From Acutalibacteraceae bacterium (GTDB taxonomy: Bacteria; Bacillota; Clostridia; Oscillospirales; Acutalibacteraceae), in NCBI GenBank assembly GCA_045654545.1, contig JAZONO010000076.1:2683-66682 (forward strand): a stretch of DNA of 64,000 nucleotides. Reading direction: 5' to 3'. The position numbers and the translations under genes were made by a program. How positions within the stretch are numbered: the first letter of the stretch is position 1; the number at the start of each line of letters is the position of its first letter. Positions 53,489 through 62,876 of this stretch are shown piece after piece. The notes below the pieces were generated by a model. That model did not search any database and was not told the origin of the DNA. It saw nothing but the letters and a program-made list of their open reading frames with translations.

Positions 53489-54688
53489 CTATGCTGTGAT
53501 TTGTTGTACCATCGTGTTTAACAACACTTCCACCGTACGGGTGTAATCTTTGGCTTCCATAGCCGTGCCGAACGCTTCCAACGGGTCCCACGTGCTGCTG
53601 AGCACGTCGCGTTGCGACACACCGTGCACATTCTGTTGCGCCAAGGCGGCAAGCGCCACGTTTGCCTTCACTTTATCGCTGGCGGCGGCTTTCAAATTGG
53701 AAGGACCGATGGCACGTGTTTCAAACCGCTTGATCTGATTTTGCTCATTGGTAAGGTATTCTGCCAGCATCATGGCTTCCAACGGAAATTTGGTGGTGGC
53801 ATTGACCCCCATAAGTTTGTATCCGGCAAAACTGCTAAGTTGTTTTTGCTCGCCGCCGCAAGTAAAGGTTGGCAACTTTACAGCGGCATAACCGCTTCCC
53901 AACTTACTCTTGATGGCTTCGGCGTTCCACGTGCCCGAAACACCGGCACAGATGGTGTCACCGATGCCGCCCGTGAGCACCGCATCGTTACCGGTGACAA
54001 ACGCCGGGTCGGCGCAAAACGCCTTGATGGCTTCACCTGCCTGCTTGCCTTGTGTGTTGTTGAAATCGCAGGTTTGCTTGCCGTTGCTGTCCAGCCCCAG
54101 TTTGCACCCCGCGCCCAGGAAGAAGGAGGCATTATACCATCCGTTGGACACATCCATATACACCCGTTTTCCGGCGCGGTTGGCGGCGGCGAGCAGACCG
54201 TCCAGCGTTTGAACGTCGCTTTCCTTCAAAACACGGCTGTCGTAATACAGAAAATACCCGTTGTCCGCCGTGATGGGATAGGCAAACAAACGATCGCCCA
54301 CCGAGGCGGCTTTCACCGAACCTTCGCTGTTTTCGGTGGTAATGGTTTCCTTGTTACGTGTGATCTCATACAGCGCACCTGCACGGTGAAGGTCATTTAA
54401 CTGGTCGTCGGAAAAGGCAAACAAATCGCCTGCCGCGGCAGGATCTTCCAACACACGCGTCTTTGCCTCGTCTTCGCCCACCACCCCCAGTGTGATGTTA
54501 TAGGTTTTGCCGTCGTCGGCGTGCTCTTTTTTGAAGGCTTCGATCATTTCGGACAACATCGTTTGATCTTCGCCCGAACCCCATACTTTCAGGGTGACGG
54601 TGTTGTCGTCGGCCTTGCGGCGGCATCCCGTTGGTATCAACATCGCAATCGCAAGCAAAACGGCGGCGATACGGTATATCGTTTTCAT
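53489..54688 (-). CDS. extracellular solute-binding lipoprotein (maltodextrin/MalE-like)
   Basis: Lipobox LAIAMLIPTGC. Family-1 SBP features, in a cluster with malFG-like, glgP and malQ genes. Confidence 0.8.
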   Translation of the reverse strand: MKTIYRIAAVLLAIAMLIPTGCRRKADDNTVTLKVWGSGEDQTMLSEMIEAFKKEHADDGKTYNITLGVVGEDEAKTRVLEDPAAAGDLFAFSDDQLNDLHRAGALYEITRNKETITTENSEGSVKAASVGDRLFAYPITADNGYFLYYDSRVLKESDVQTLDGLLAAANRAGKRVYMDVSNGWYNASFFLGAGCKLGLDSNGKQTCDFNNTQGKQAGEAIKAFCADPAFVTGNDAVLTGGIGDTICAGVSGTWNAEAIKSKLGSGYAAVKLPTFTCGGEQKQLSSFAGYKLMGVNATTKFPLEAMMLAEYLTNEQNQIKRFETRAIGPSNLKAAASDKVKANVALAALAQQNVHGVSQRDVLSSTWDPLEAFGTAMEAKDYTRTVEVLLNTMVQQITA

Positions 54689-54836
54689 GTGACCCACTCC
54701 TTTGTTTTCTTTCTCCTATTTTGTGCTGTGTGTTTCTCGTTATGCGGCAGTGGTGTTTCTTTCCGTTGACAAAATACGACAAGTTCGATATACTTTTTTC
54801 TAGGTTAAACCTAAGGGGTGTTAACGGAGGAACAAT

Positions 54837-56111
54837 ATGAAGATTAAAGTGAAAAATGCGACCTTTCGCGACGTGTTGAACAAACCGTCGAAGAAAGCGC
54901 GCAGTGCCAAGAGTCCCAACCTACTGTTCACGACACTAGTGCGGCTTTTGGCAATTCCTGCCCTGTGGAGCACACGGTTTTCCTATCGCCGCATCGGGAT
55001 GGAACGGCTGGGAAAACGCGAACCTTGTTTGATTTTGATGAATCATTCGAGTTTTATTGATTTGAAGATCGCATCCAAGTTGCTGTATCCGCGTCCGTAC
55101 AACATTGTGTGCACGTCGGACGGACTGGTGGGGAAGAACTGGCTGATGCGGCAACTCGGGTGTATTCCCACGCAAAAATTCGTGACCGATTCCCGTTTGG
55201 TGCGCGAATTGATCACCGCCTTGAAAAAGCGCCGATGCTCGGTGTTGATGTATCCCGAAGCGAGTTACAGCTTTGACGGTACCGCCACACCCTTGCCCGA
55301 CAGCGTGGGAAAACTCATCAAAAAACTGGGCGTTCCCGTGGTGATGATCCGTACCTTCGGTGCGTTCGGTCACGATCCGCTGTATAACGGGTTGCAACGG
55401 CGGCGTGTCAAGGTTTCTGCCGAACAGGAATATCTGCTCTCGCCCGACGAGATCGCCGCGTTGTCGCCCGAAGAGATCAACGAGATGTTGACGGCACAAT
55501 TTGGTTTTGACAATTTCCGTTGGCAACAGGACAATCACGTGTGCATCAACGAGCCGTTTCGTGCAGACGGATTGGAACGTGTGTTGTATAAATGCCCGCA
55601 TTGCGGCAAAGAGGGAGAAACCGTTGGCAAAGGCGTGAGCCTCACCTGTACGGCGTGTGGCGCTGTGTACACCCTCACCGCATACGGTGCTTTGCAAGCG
55701 GACAACCGCGAAGCCGCGTTTACCCACGTGCCGGATTGGTATCGGTGGCAACGCGACGAAGTGCGCCGCGAGCTGGAAGAGGGGCGGTATCGCTTGGATA
55801 CGGCGGTGGATATCTGCGTGTTGAAAGATACCGACTGTTTGTACCGCGTGGGGGAAGGACGGCTCACCCACACGGCGGAAGAAGGATTTTGTTTGACGGG
55901 GTGTAACGGCACGCTGGAATACACCCAAGCACCGACGGCATCGTATAGTCTGTACGCCGATTATTTTTGGTATGAGATCGGTGACGTGATCTGTATCGGA
56001 GATAACAAGATGCTCTATTATTGTTTCCCGAAAGGGAGAAACGTGCCCGTGGCAAAAACACGACTTGCCACCGAGGAATTGTACAAACTCACAAAACGGC
56101 AACAAGCATAA
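54837..56111 (+). CDS. lysophospholipid acyltransferase (PlsC-like) family protein with embedded zinc ribbon
   Basis: HxxxxD motif in LILMNHSSFID, PEASYSF block, and CPHCG-x13-CTACG. Confidence 0.65.
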   Translation: MKIKVKNATFRDVLNKPSKKARSAKSPNLLFTTLVRLLAIPALWSTRFSYRRIGMERLGKREPCLILMNHSSFIDLKIASKLLYPRPYNIVCTSDGLVGKNWLMRQLGCIPTQKFVTDSRLVRELITALKKRRCSVLMYPEASYSFDGTATPLPDSVGKLIKKLGVPVVMIRTFGAFGHDPLYNGLQRRRVKVSAEQEYLLSPDEIAALSPEEINEMLTAQFGFDNFRWQQDNHVCINEPFRADGLERVLYKCPHCGKEGETVGKGVSLTCTACGAVYTLTAYGALQADNREAAFTHVPDWYRWQRDEVRRELEEGRYRLDTAVDICVLKDTDCLYRVGEGRLTHTAEEGFCLTGCNGTLEYTQAPTASYSLYADYFWYEIGDVICIGDNKMLYYCFPKGRNVPVAKTRLATEELYKLTKRQQA

Positions 56112-56155
56112 CAAAAGAAGGTCAACCGAGCGGGTGACCGTCTTTTTCGTTTTCT

Positions 56156-58486
56156 TTATACGTTCCAAATATCCACGGCGTATTCTTCCACCGAACGGTC
56201 GCTGGAGAATTTGCCGGCGGCCGCTGTGTTGAGCAAGCCTTTTCGGGTAAAGGCTCCACGGGCGCGGTAATCGCGGTTTGTCTGCATCTTCGCTTCGCAA
56301 TAGGAGAGCAGATCCGCCATCAGGAGATAATGGTCGGGTTGATGCCACGATGCTCCTTCGGTGATGGCGGTGTATAGTTCACGGAACATCCCCGTCTCGC
56401 CGTCTTCCACCGTGCCGTCGACCAGCGTGTTTACCACACGCTCCAAACGGTTGTCGGCTTGGATCAAGGCATTGGGATCGTATTGCGGTTTCAAGGCGGT
56501 GACCTCTTCGGCGGTGAGCCCGAAGATATAGTTGTTCTCGCGTCCTGCCTGTTCCACGATCTCAATGTTCGCACCGTCAAAGGTGCCCAGCGTGACCGCA
56601 CCGTTTAACATGAATTTCATGTTGCCCGTGCCGGAGGCTTCAGTGCCTGCGGTGGAGATCTGTTCCGAAACGTCTGCCGCCGGCATAATGAACTCCGCCG
56701 CCGTGACGTTGTAGTTGGGCAGGAACACCACCTGCATTTTATTGTTCACATCGGGATCGGCGGCAATGATACGCGCCCATTCGTTGATATACTTGATGAT
56801 CGCCTTGGCACGGAAATACCCCGGTGCGGCCTTGGCGGCAAAGATATACACGGTGGGGGTGAACTCCTTGATACGCCCGTCTTTTAAGCCAAAATAGGTG
56901 TCGGCGATGGAAAACGCGTTCAACAACTGTCGCTTATATTCGTGCAGACGTTTTGCCTGAATGTCAAAGATCCACGTGGGATCGACCGTCACGCCGCATT
57001 GCTCTTTCAAGAAGGCGGCGAGTTGCTGTTTCTTTTGGAACTTCACGTCGGCAAATTCTGCAAGAAAGACTTGGTCGTCTTTTAAACTTTCCAGTTGACG
57101 CAACTGCGAAAGATCGCAGATCCAACCCGACCCGATGCGTGAGGTGATGAGCGACGCCAGTTCGGGATTGGCCAGTGCCAGCCAACGGCGTTGGGTGATG
57201 CCGTTGGTCTTGTTGTTAAACCGCTCGGGATACAGCGTGTACCAATGGGGGAGCACCTGCGTTTTCAAAAGTTCGGTGTGCAGGCGTGCCACGCCGTTGA
57301 CCGAATGGGAGGCAAAGATGGCAAGGCGCGCCATGTGCACGGTGTTTCCTTCCAGAATCCAATATTTCGCGGCATCCTCGCCCGTGATGCCTTGGCGCCG
57401 CAACTCGCGTTGCAACGTCACGTGCAGATGGCGCACGTACGGCACCAAGTGCGGCAACACTTCTTCGAACAGATTAAGCCCCCATTTTTCCAGCGCTTCG
57501 GGCAACACGGTGTGATTGGTGTAGGCAAACACGCGCCGTGCAATGTTGAGCGCTTTGGTGAAAGATACACCGTCCTCGCACAACAGACGGATCAACTCGG
57601 GAATCGCCACCACGGGATGCGTGTCGTTCAACTGAATGGCAAAAAATTCGGGAAGGCGCGCATAACGGGAACCGTACTTTGCCTTGTAGCGGCGCAACAG
57701 ATCCTGCACCGAAGCCGCGGCAAAGAAATACTGCTGTTTCAAACGCAGGACTTTGCCTTCTTTGGCATCGTCGTTGGGATACAGCACCGCCGAAATGCGC
57801 TCGGCGGCATTTTTCTCCTGCACCGCTTCCTCGTATCGTTGGGCGTTGAAGGCGTCGAAATCAAACGGGGTGATAGCTTCCGCTTGCCACAAACGCAACG
57901 TGTTGACGGTGCGTGCGCCAAATCCGATCACGGGCGTGTCATACGGCACCGCCCACACCTCTTGTCCGTCACCAAACACGATGTGTACGCGATCTTCCTC
58001 GCGGCGGCGCGCCCACGGGTCGCCAAAGCGCAACCAGTTGTCCGCCTCTTCGCGCTGAAACCCGTTTTCAAACGATTGCTTGAACAGCCCGTAACGGTAA
58101 CGGATGCCGTATCCGTCCAGCGGAATATCCCGTGTGGCGGCGGATTCCAAATAGCAAGCCGCCAACCGTCCGAGACCGCCGTTGCCGAGCGCGGCATCCT
58201 CGATCTCTTCAAACACGCGCAGATCCACCTTGTGTTTTGTGAGCAGGGTGCGGACGGTATCGGTTTCTTCCAAATTGTAAAGGTTCTGATAGATCATGCG
58301 ACCGATCAAAAACTCGGCCGACAAATACGCCACACGTTTGCCTTTCTTTTGCTTTTGCCAACGGTCATTCACCGAAGCCAAGGCCGCTTTCGATACAGCG
58401 TTATACAATTCGGTGGTGGTAGCGGTTTCGATGCGCTTGTTGGCATCAATACGCAAAACGGTGCGAATATCTTTCTCCAAACTCAT
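56156..58486 (-). CDS. glgP: glycogen/starch/alpha-glucan phosphorylase
   Basis: YLSAEFLIGR, LGNGGLGRLAAC and the PLP site EASGTGNMKFMLNGA. 776 aa. Confidence 0.95.
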   Translation of the reverse strand: MSLEKDIRTVLRIDANKRIETATTTELYNAVSKAALASVNDRWQKQKKGKRVAYLSAEFLIGRMIYQNLYNLEETDTVRTLLTKHKVDLRVFEEIEDAALGNGGLGRLAACYLESAATRDIPLDGYGIRYRYGLFKQSFENGFQREEADNWLRFGDPWARRREEDRVHIVFGDGQEVWAVPYDTPVIGFGARTVNTLRLWQAEAITPFDFDAFNAQRYEEAVQEKNAAERISAVLYPNDDAKEGKVLRLKQQYFFAAASVQDLLRRYKAKYGSRYARLPEFFAIQLNDTHPVVAIPELIRLLCEDGVSFTKALNIARRVFAYTNHTVLPEALEKWGLNLFEEVLPHLVPYVRHLHVTLQRELRRQGITGEDAAKYWILEGNTVHMARLAIFASHSVNGVARLHTELLKTQVLPHWYTLYPERFNNKTNGITQRRWLALANPELASLITSRIGSGWICDLSQLRQLESLKDDQVFLAEFADVKFQKKQQLAAFLKEQCGVTVDPTWIFDIQAKRLHEYKRQLLNAFSIADTYFGLKDGRIKEFTPTVYIFAAKAAPGYFRAKAIIKYINEWARIIAADPDVNNKMQVVFLPNYNVTAAEFIMPAADVSEQISTAGTEASGTGNMKFMLNGAVTLGTFDGANIEIVEQAGRENNYIFGLTAEEVTALKPQYDPNALIQADNRLERVVNTLVDGTVEDGETGMFRELYTAITEGASWHQPDHYLLMADLLSYCEAKMQTNRDYRARGAFTRKGLLNTAAAGKFSSDRSVEEYAVDIWNV

Positions 58487-58501
58487 AATACGGCTCCTTT
58501 G

Positions 58502-59977
58502 TTATCGGTTATACAACGTGACAAATTCCGCGAGATGTGCCGCCAGTTCCGTGGTGGCGGCATCGGGCATCATGCGCCATTTCCAGTTGTCGCCCACCGT
58601 GGATGGGGTGTTCATGCGTGCGCGGCTGTCCAATGCTAAGAGATCCTGCATTTGGAACACGGCAAGGTCTGCCACGCTTTGGTATGCGACGCGTAACATG
58701 CCCATCGGAATGGCGGTGCGCCGTTTCACACCGAGATACCGCATCATATAACTGAGTTCACGGCGCTTGGCGCGGGAACAGTAACCCACAATGGTGTCGT
58801 TATCGTGTGTGCCGCCGTACACGGCACGGTTGCGCGGAAAGTTGTGCGGCAGATGGGGGTTGTCGGGATTGCCGTCAAATCCAAACAGCAACACACTCAT
58901 ACCGGGATATCCCGTTTGGCGCAACAGGGTGCGCACCTTCGGGTGTAACACACCCAGATCCTCCGCCAAAATCCGCATGTTACCGGCGGCTTCATCGATG
59001 GCATCGGTTAAAGAGCGTCCCGGGCCTTCGCGCCATTCACCGTCGATGGCGGTCTCAGAAGCGGCAGGAACGGCATAATACCGTGCCATACCGATGAAGT
59101 GGTCGATACGCAACACGTCATACAACGCACCGCACGCAGACACACGCGCACGCCACCAAGCAAAATCATCTGCTTTCATGCGATCCCAGTCGTATAACGG
59201 ATTGCCCCACCGTTGCCCTGTGGCAGAGAACATATCCGGCGGCACGCCTGCCACCGCGGTGGGATGTCCGTGCGTATCCAGTTGAAACAGTGAGCGGTTG
59301 GCCCACACGTCGGCACTGTCTGCCGATACGTACAGCGGAATGTCCCCGATCAGCGCAATGCCGCGTGCGTTGGCATAGGCTTTGAGTGCATCCCACTGGC
59401 GGCGGAAGGTGTATTGGCAAAAATAGACGAATCCGATCTCGTCGGCAAGTTGTTCGGTATACCGCGCCACGGCATCCGCTTCGCGCAGACGGATGGGTTC
59501 GTCCCATTCACTCCAATCGCGGTGGCCGAAATGCTCTTTTAGCGCGGTGTATAACGCGTAGTCGGGCAACCAATGGGATTGTGCCACGCAAAATGCGGAA
59601 AAGTCGTTGTCGGGTGTGAAACGGCGATACGCGTTTTTCAAAAGAGTAAACCGTGTGCGAAACAACCGTTCATAATCCACGTCGTCCACTGCTTTGCGAG
59701 CAGAGTCGGTTTCTTCGGTAGTGAGCAATCCCTCGCGTTCCAACAGCGCGGGATCGATGAAATATGGGTTTCCTGCAAAAGCGGAAAAGGATTGATACGG
59801 GCTGTCACCGAATCCGGTCGGACCGACAGGCAATACCTGCCAGTAGCGCTGTTTAGCGGTGTGAAGGAAATCGGCAAAGCGAAACGCTTCGTCGCCCAGC
59901 GTGCCTATGCCAAAAGGGGAGGGAAGTGCGCTGATCGGCATCAACACGCCGGCGCCACGTGTAAGGGTCTTTTTCAT
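58502..59977 (-). CDS. malQ: 4-alpha-glucanotransferase (amylomaltase)
   Basis: GVLMPISALPSPFGIGTLG, SPYQSFSAFAGNPYFID, LRIDHFIG and EDLG are GH77 motifs. Confidence 0.9.
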   Translation of the reverse strand: MKKTLTRGAGVLMPISALPSPFGIGTLGDEAFRFADFLHTAKQRYWQVLPVGPTGFGDSPYQSFSAFAGNPYFIDPALLEREGLLTTEETDSARKAVDDVDYERLFRTRFTLLKNAYRRFTPDNDFSAFCVAQSHWLPDYALYTALKEHFGHRDWSEWDEPIRLREADAVARYTEQLADEIGFVYFCQYTFRRQWDALKAYANARGIALIGDIPLYVSADSADVWANRSLFQLDTHGHPTAVAGVPPDMFSATGQRWGNPLYDWDRMKADDFAWWRARVSACGALYDVLRIDHFIGMARYYAVPAASETAIDGEWREGPGRSLTDAIDEAAGNMRILAEDLGVLHPKVRTLLRQTGYPGMSVLLFGFDGNPDNPHLPHNFPRNRAVYGGTHDNDTIVGYCSRAKRRELSYMMRYLGVKRRTAIPMGMLRVAYQSVADLAVFQMQDLLALDSRARMNTPSTVGDNWKWRMMPDAATTELAAHLAEFVTLYNR

Positions 59978-60023
59978 ACAAAACCGTCCTCATTTGATAT
60001 AGCGTTAGTATATCCCGATGAAA

Positions 60024-60054
60024 ACAAAAAACGCATACCACGATGCGTTTTTTG
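60024..60054. terminator. bidirectional intrinsic terminator
   Basis: Stem AACGCAT/ATGCGTT flanked by A6 and T6 runs, downstream of the carboxypeptidase gene on the minus strand. Confidence 0.7.
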
Positions 60055-60059
60055 TGAAT

Positions 60060-61112
60060 TTACGGGTTCAAGGCAAAGCCTGCTTCATACAATGCGGTGG
60101 ATTCGGTGAAACGCAGGTTTTCGTCCGCACATCCCAGCACGATGGCAAAGAGGCGCACATCGTCTTTCTCCGCCACCGAAGCCAGGCAATATCCTGCTTG
60201 GTCGGTGAATCCCGTTTTGCCGCCCAGCGCGTTGGCGTAGTACAGCGAGGGGAACCGCGGATTCAGCAAACGGTTGGTGTTGGTGTAACCCAGTTCTTTG
60301 CCGTCCACCGTGGTGAATGCGGCCTGCGGCGTGCACAACGCTTCACGCACCGCATCAAACTGCCACGCGAACTGCAAAATTTTCAACATATCGTTGGCAG
60401 TGGTGACGTGGAAGGTGTGGTGCATACCGTCGGGATTCATAAAACGGGAGCTTTCCGCACCGATCGCTTTCAACTCTTCGTTCATCAACTCGCAAAAACG
60501 GGTAGCGGCTTCAAAATCGCTCATCTGCTCTTCGGGATATACACGCCGTGCAGTGTGTGCCGCCAAACAGTACGCCGCATCGCCGCCCGAGGGGAGAAGC
60601 AATGCCTGTGTCATTTGCGGCAAGGTCAATTCCATGCCGAGTTTCAGATAGGCACTGCTGGCATTGGGATCTTTTAAATACACTTCCGTGCCCACAACAA
60701 AGGTGGCTTCGGGCGTATTGTATTTCGCCGCCACCGCCGCTGTCATGATCTTGGTCAGGCTGGCAGGGGCACACACAACGTCGGCTTCTTTTTCATACAA
60801 CACACGGTCGTTCGTGGCATCGTACAACAGCATGTGCGTTGCCGAAAGGGAGGTGTCGAGTTGGGCGGTCGTTTCCTGCGACATGGTGGCCAGAGCGGTG
60901 GTCGTGGTGGTGACGGGTGCCTCACCCGTACCGCTGGAATCGCCGCCGTTGTCGCCGTTGCTGCCGCTTTGCGTGGTTTTACTGCCGTTTATAAGGGCGA
61001 ACAAAACGCCCACCAGCAATGCAAGAATGACCACGCCGATAATCAGCACCGGGAGTAGGCGGCGCATCATACGCTGTCTGCGTTTATTACGCGATGTGTT
61101 TGTCTGGCTCAT
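60060..61112 (-). CDS. D-alanyl-D-alanine carboxypeptidase (peptidase S11 family)
   Basis: SxxK in PASLTKIMTA and KTG in LGGKTGFT. N-terminal TM anchor and a Thr/Ser/Gly-rich linker. Confidence 0.85.
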   Translation of the reverse strand: MSQTNTSRNKRRQRMMRRLLPVLIIGVVILALLVGVLFALINGSKTTQSGSNGDNGGDSSGTGEAPVTTTTTALATMSQETTAQLDTSLSATHMLLYDATNDRVLYEKEADVVCAPASLTKIMTAAVAAKYNTPEATFVVGTEVYLKDPNASSAYLKLGMELTLPQMTQALLLPSGGDAAYCLAAHTARRVYPEEQMSDFEAATRFCELMNEELKAIGAESSRFMNPDGMHHTFHVTTANDMLKILQFAWQFDAVREALCTPQAAFTTVDGKELGYTNTNRLLNPRFPSLYYANALGGKTGFTDQAGYCLASVAEKDDVRLFAIVLGCADENLRFTESTALYEAGFALNP

Positions 61113-61198
61113 AATCGTCCCTCTTTTTATAAATTATATTCAGTATACTACATTCTTTTGAATTTGGCAATGTCGATATTTGGATTTATGTAAAAAGA

Positions 61199-61227
61199 TT
61201 GACAAAAAATGCAAAAAAAGTTACACT
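61199..61227 (+). promoter_or_regulatory. sigma-A-type promoter reading into the repeat element and the PadR operon
   Basis: TTGACA (61199..61204), a 17-nt spacer, then TACACT (61222..61227). The -10 ends 1 nt before the repeat copy begins. Confidence 0.5.
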
Positions 61228-61228
61228 T

Positions 61229-61379
61229 AGGTTAAACCGACAGATCCGAACCCGCCTCATAGTGGGATGTTTCGGTGTTTTTTGCCCCGTTCGTTCTCGT
61301 AAGGCGCGAGCATTACTTCGTCCGACCGGAACAAAAATCCGCCTTCCCAAAACGGAGTTCGGATTTATCGGTTTAACCT
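61229..61379 (+). repeat. 151-bp short copy of the hairpin-bounded repeat family
   Basis: Termini AGGTTAAACCGACAGATCCGAAC and GTTCGGATTTATCGGTTTAACCT. By hand alignment there are 13 substitutions over 151 nt versus the corresponding parts of 7291..7565. Confidence 0.85.
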
Positions 61380-61411
61380 AAAAGCGTATTACAAGCGAAG
61401 GGTGCTGTTAC

Positions 61412-61762
61412 ATGACATACGATAAGTCCCAAATGATGCACGGCACGCTGGAAGGTTGTATTTTGAAGATCATTCACCTCAAAACAACCTACGGCTATGA
61501 AATATTGATGTTGCTTCGCGAAAGTGGGTTTTCGGACATTTCGGAAGGCACGATCTACCCGTTGTTGCTCCGCTTGGAAAAGCAGGGGAGCATCAAGGCG
61601 GAGATGCGTCCGTCACCGCTCGGTCCGCGACGCAAATATTACACCATCACCCCCTCGGGCGAGGAATACTTGCGCGCATTTGCAGAATGCTGGGAGCAAC
61701 TGTCCCGTTCGGTCAGTCGGTTGATGCATGCAAAGGTGGGAGAACAACATGAAACAGAATGA
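61412..61762 (+). CDS. PadR-family transcriptional regulator
   Basis: GTLEGCILKII...YGYEILMLLRESGFSDISEGTIYPLLLRLEKQGSI is a winged-helix PadR signature. Confidence 0.85.
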   Translation: MTYDKSQMMHGTLEGCILKIIHLKTTYGYEILMLLRESGFSDISEGTIYPLLLRLEKQGSIKAEMRPSPLGPRRKYYTITPSGEEYLRAFAECWEQLSRSVSRLMHAKVGEQHETE

Positions 61763-62432
61763 TCTGCGTGCGGTGCTCGCGCAACTCTCGGTGGAGAATC
61801 GCCGCACGTTACGCCGCATGATGCGCTATTTGGATTCCTATTCACTCAACGAAGTGAAAGAGGAAGAACTGCTCACGGACTTGGCCGGTATGGCGTTGGA
61901 AAGTCAACAGCGCGGCCAAGCGTTTTCGGATGCGATCGGCATGGACGACGTGGTGTTTTGCCATGAATTGGTGGCAAACTGTCCTCGCGAAACGTGGCTT
62001 GAACGGACGCTCGCGGCCATGCGTTGGATGGTGGCGTGGATCGGGTGTATTCTGCCGGTGATGTATCTGCTGGAATGGGTGTTCCCGTGGATGAGCGGCT
62101 ATATTGAAAACGGGCTCTATTACGTGCCGTTGCCGTTTTTGTGCAAATACTGTGCGGCAACGATACCCATTGCGGCCGGGATCTATCTGTTCAAACGGTT
62201 GACCTATATTTCGCGTTCCATGGTGTGGACGTGGTTTACGGTCATTTTCCTGGTGGTGTTTATCACCGTGTCGGAAGTGTCGGCACGCTTTATGCAGGCG
62301 ATCACATTGCCGTTTTCTCTTGTGGTGTGGTTGGTTGGGTTTGGCGGTGTGTTTGCACTGTTGCACGTCGCGAAACGCTGTGTGGCCTTGACCGTTGCCT
62401 ACCGCCAGAAAAAGCAGGAAAAGGATGAGTAA
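61749..62432 (+). CDS. membrane protein of the PadR-associated type (DUF1048-like N-terminus plus 4 TM)
   Basis: N-terminus LSVENRRTLRRMMRYLDSYSLNEVKEEELLTDLAGMALESQQRGQAF followed by a hydrophobic C-terminal half. Overlaps the padR end. Confidence 0.5.
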   Translation: MKQNDLRAVLAQLSVENRRTLRRMMRYLDSYSLNEVKEEELLTDLAGMALESQQRGQAFSDAIGMDDVVFCHELVANCPRETWLERTLAAMRWMVAWIGCILPVMYLLEWVFPWMSGYIENGLYYVPLPFLCKYCAATIPIAAGIYLFKRLTYISRSMVWTWFTVIFLVVFITVSEVSARFMQAITLPFSLVVWLVGFGGVFALLHVAKRCVALTVAYRQKKQEKDE

Positions 62433-62782
62433 CGTGTTTGGCAAGTTGGAACACATCGCCCGTGTGAATTGCACGGTGGGGGAATGTCCCACGTGGGATG
62501 AGAACGTTGTTCGACGGCTGCACCTGTTCCAACGGGTTGGATTGGTATGGCGACACGATGGTGTACTGCGATTCGTTGGAACATCGCGTGGAACGCTTTC
62601 GCTTTGTCGATGGCGCTGTGACTGAACGCCGCACGGTGCTTGCGATTTTGCAGGATCTCTGTGATCTGATCATCACCACGGCGGCACAAGGACAGAACAT
62701 GGATGAACAACCGCAGGCAGGCGACGTGTTTCGCGTGCGGTGTGACGTGCCGGGGTATCCGACACGGCGGTACAAAGGATAA
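62425..62782 (+). pseudogene. SMP-30/gluconolactonase/LRE-family gene with internal deletions and a frameshift
   Basis: Frame 1 reads MSNVFGKLEHIARVNCTVGECPTWDENV (family N-terminus). Frame 2 reads SNGLDWYGDTMVYCDSLEHRVERFRF...DLCDLIITTAAQGQNMDEQPQAGDVFRVRCDVPGYP (family C-terminus). About 118 of roughly 290 expected codons remain. Confidence 0.6.
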
Positions 62783-62876
62783 CAAAAACGGCTTGTAGCA
62801 ATGCAACGTCTGTAAAGAAAAGTAACTTTACAAACTGCTTGATACAAGGAGTGCATCAGGAAAGGTGGCATTTGTC

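Noticed and set aside
61229-61379. Idea that the hairpin-bounded repeats are invertible promoter switches (invertons).
   Set aside because: I found no -35/-10-like promoter inside the element on either strand, and no invertase or recombinase gene is nearby. This cannot be fully excluded without read-orientation data.
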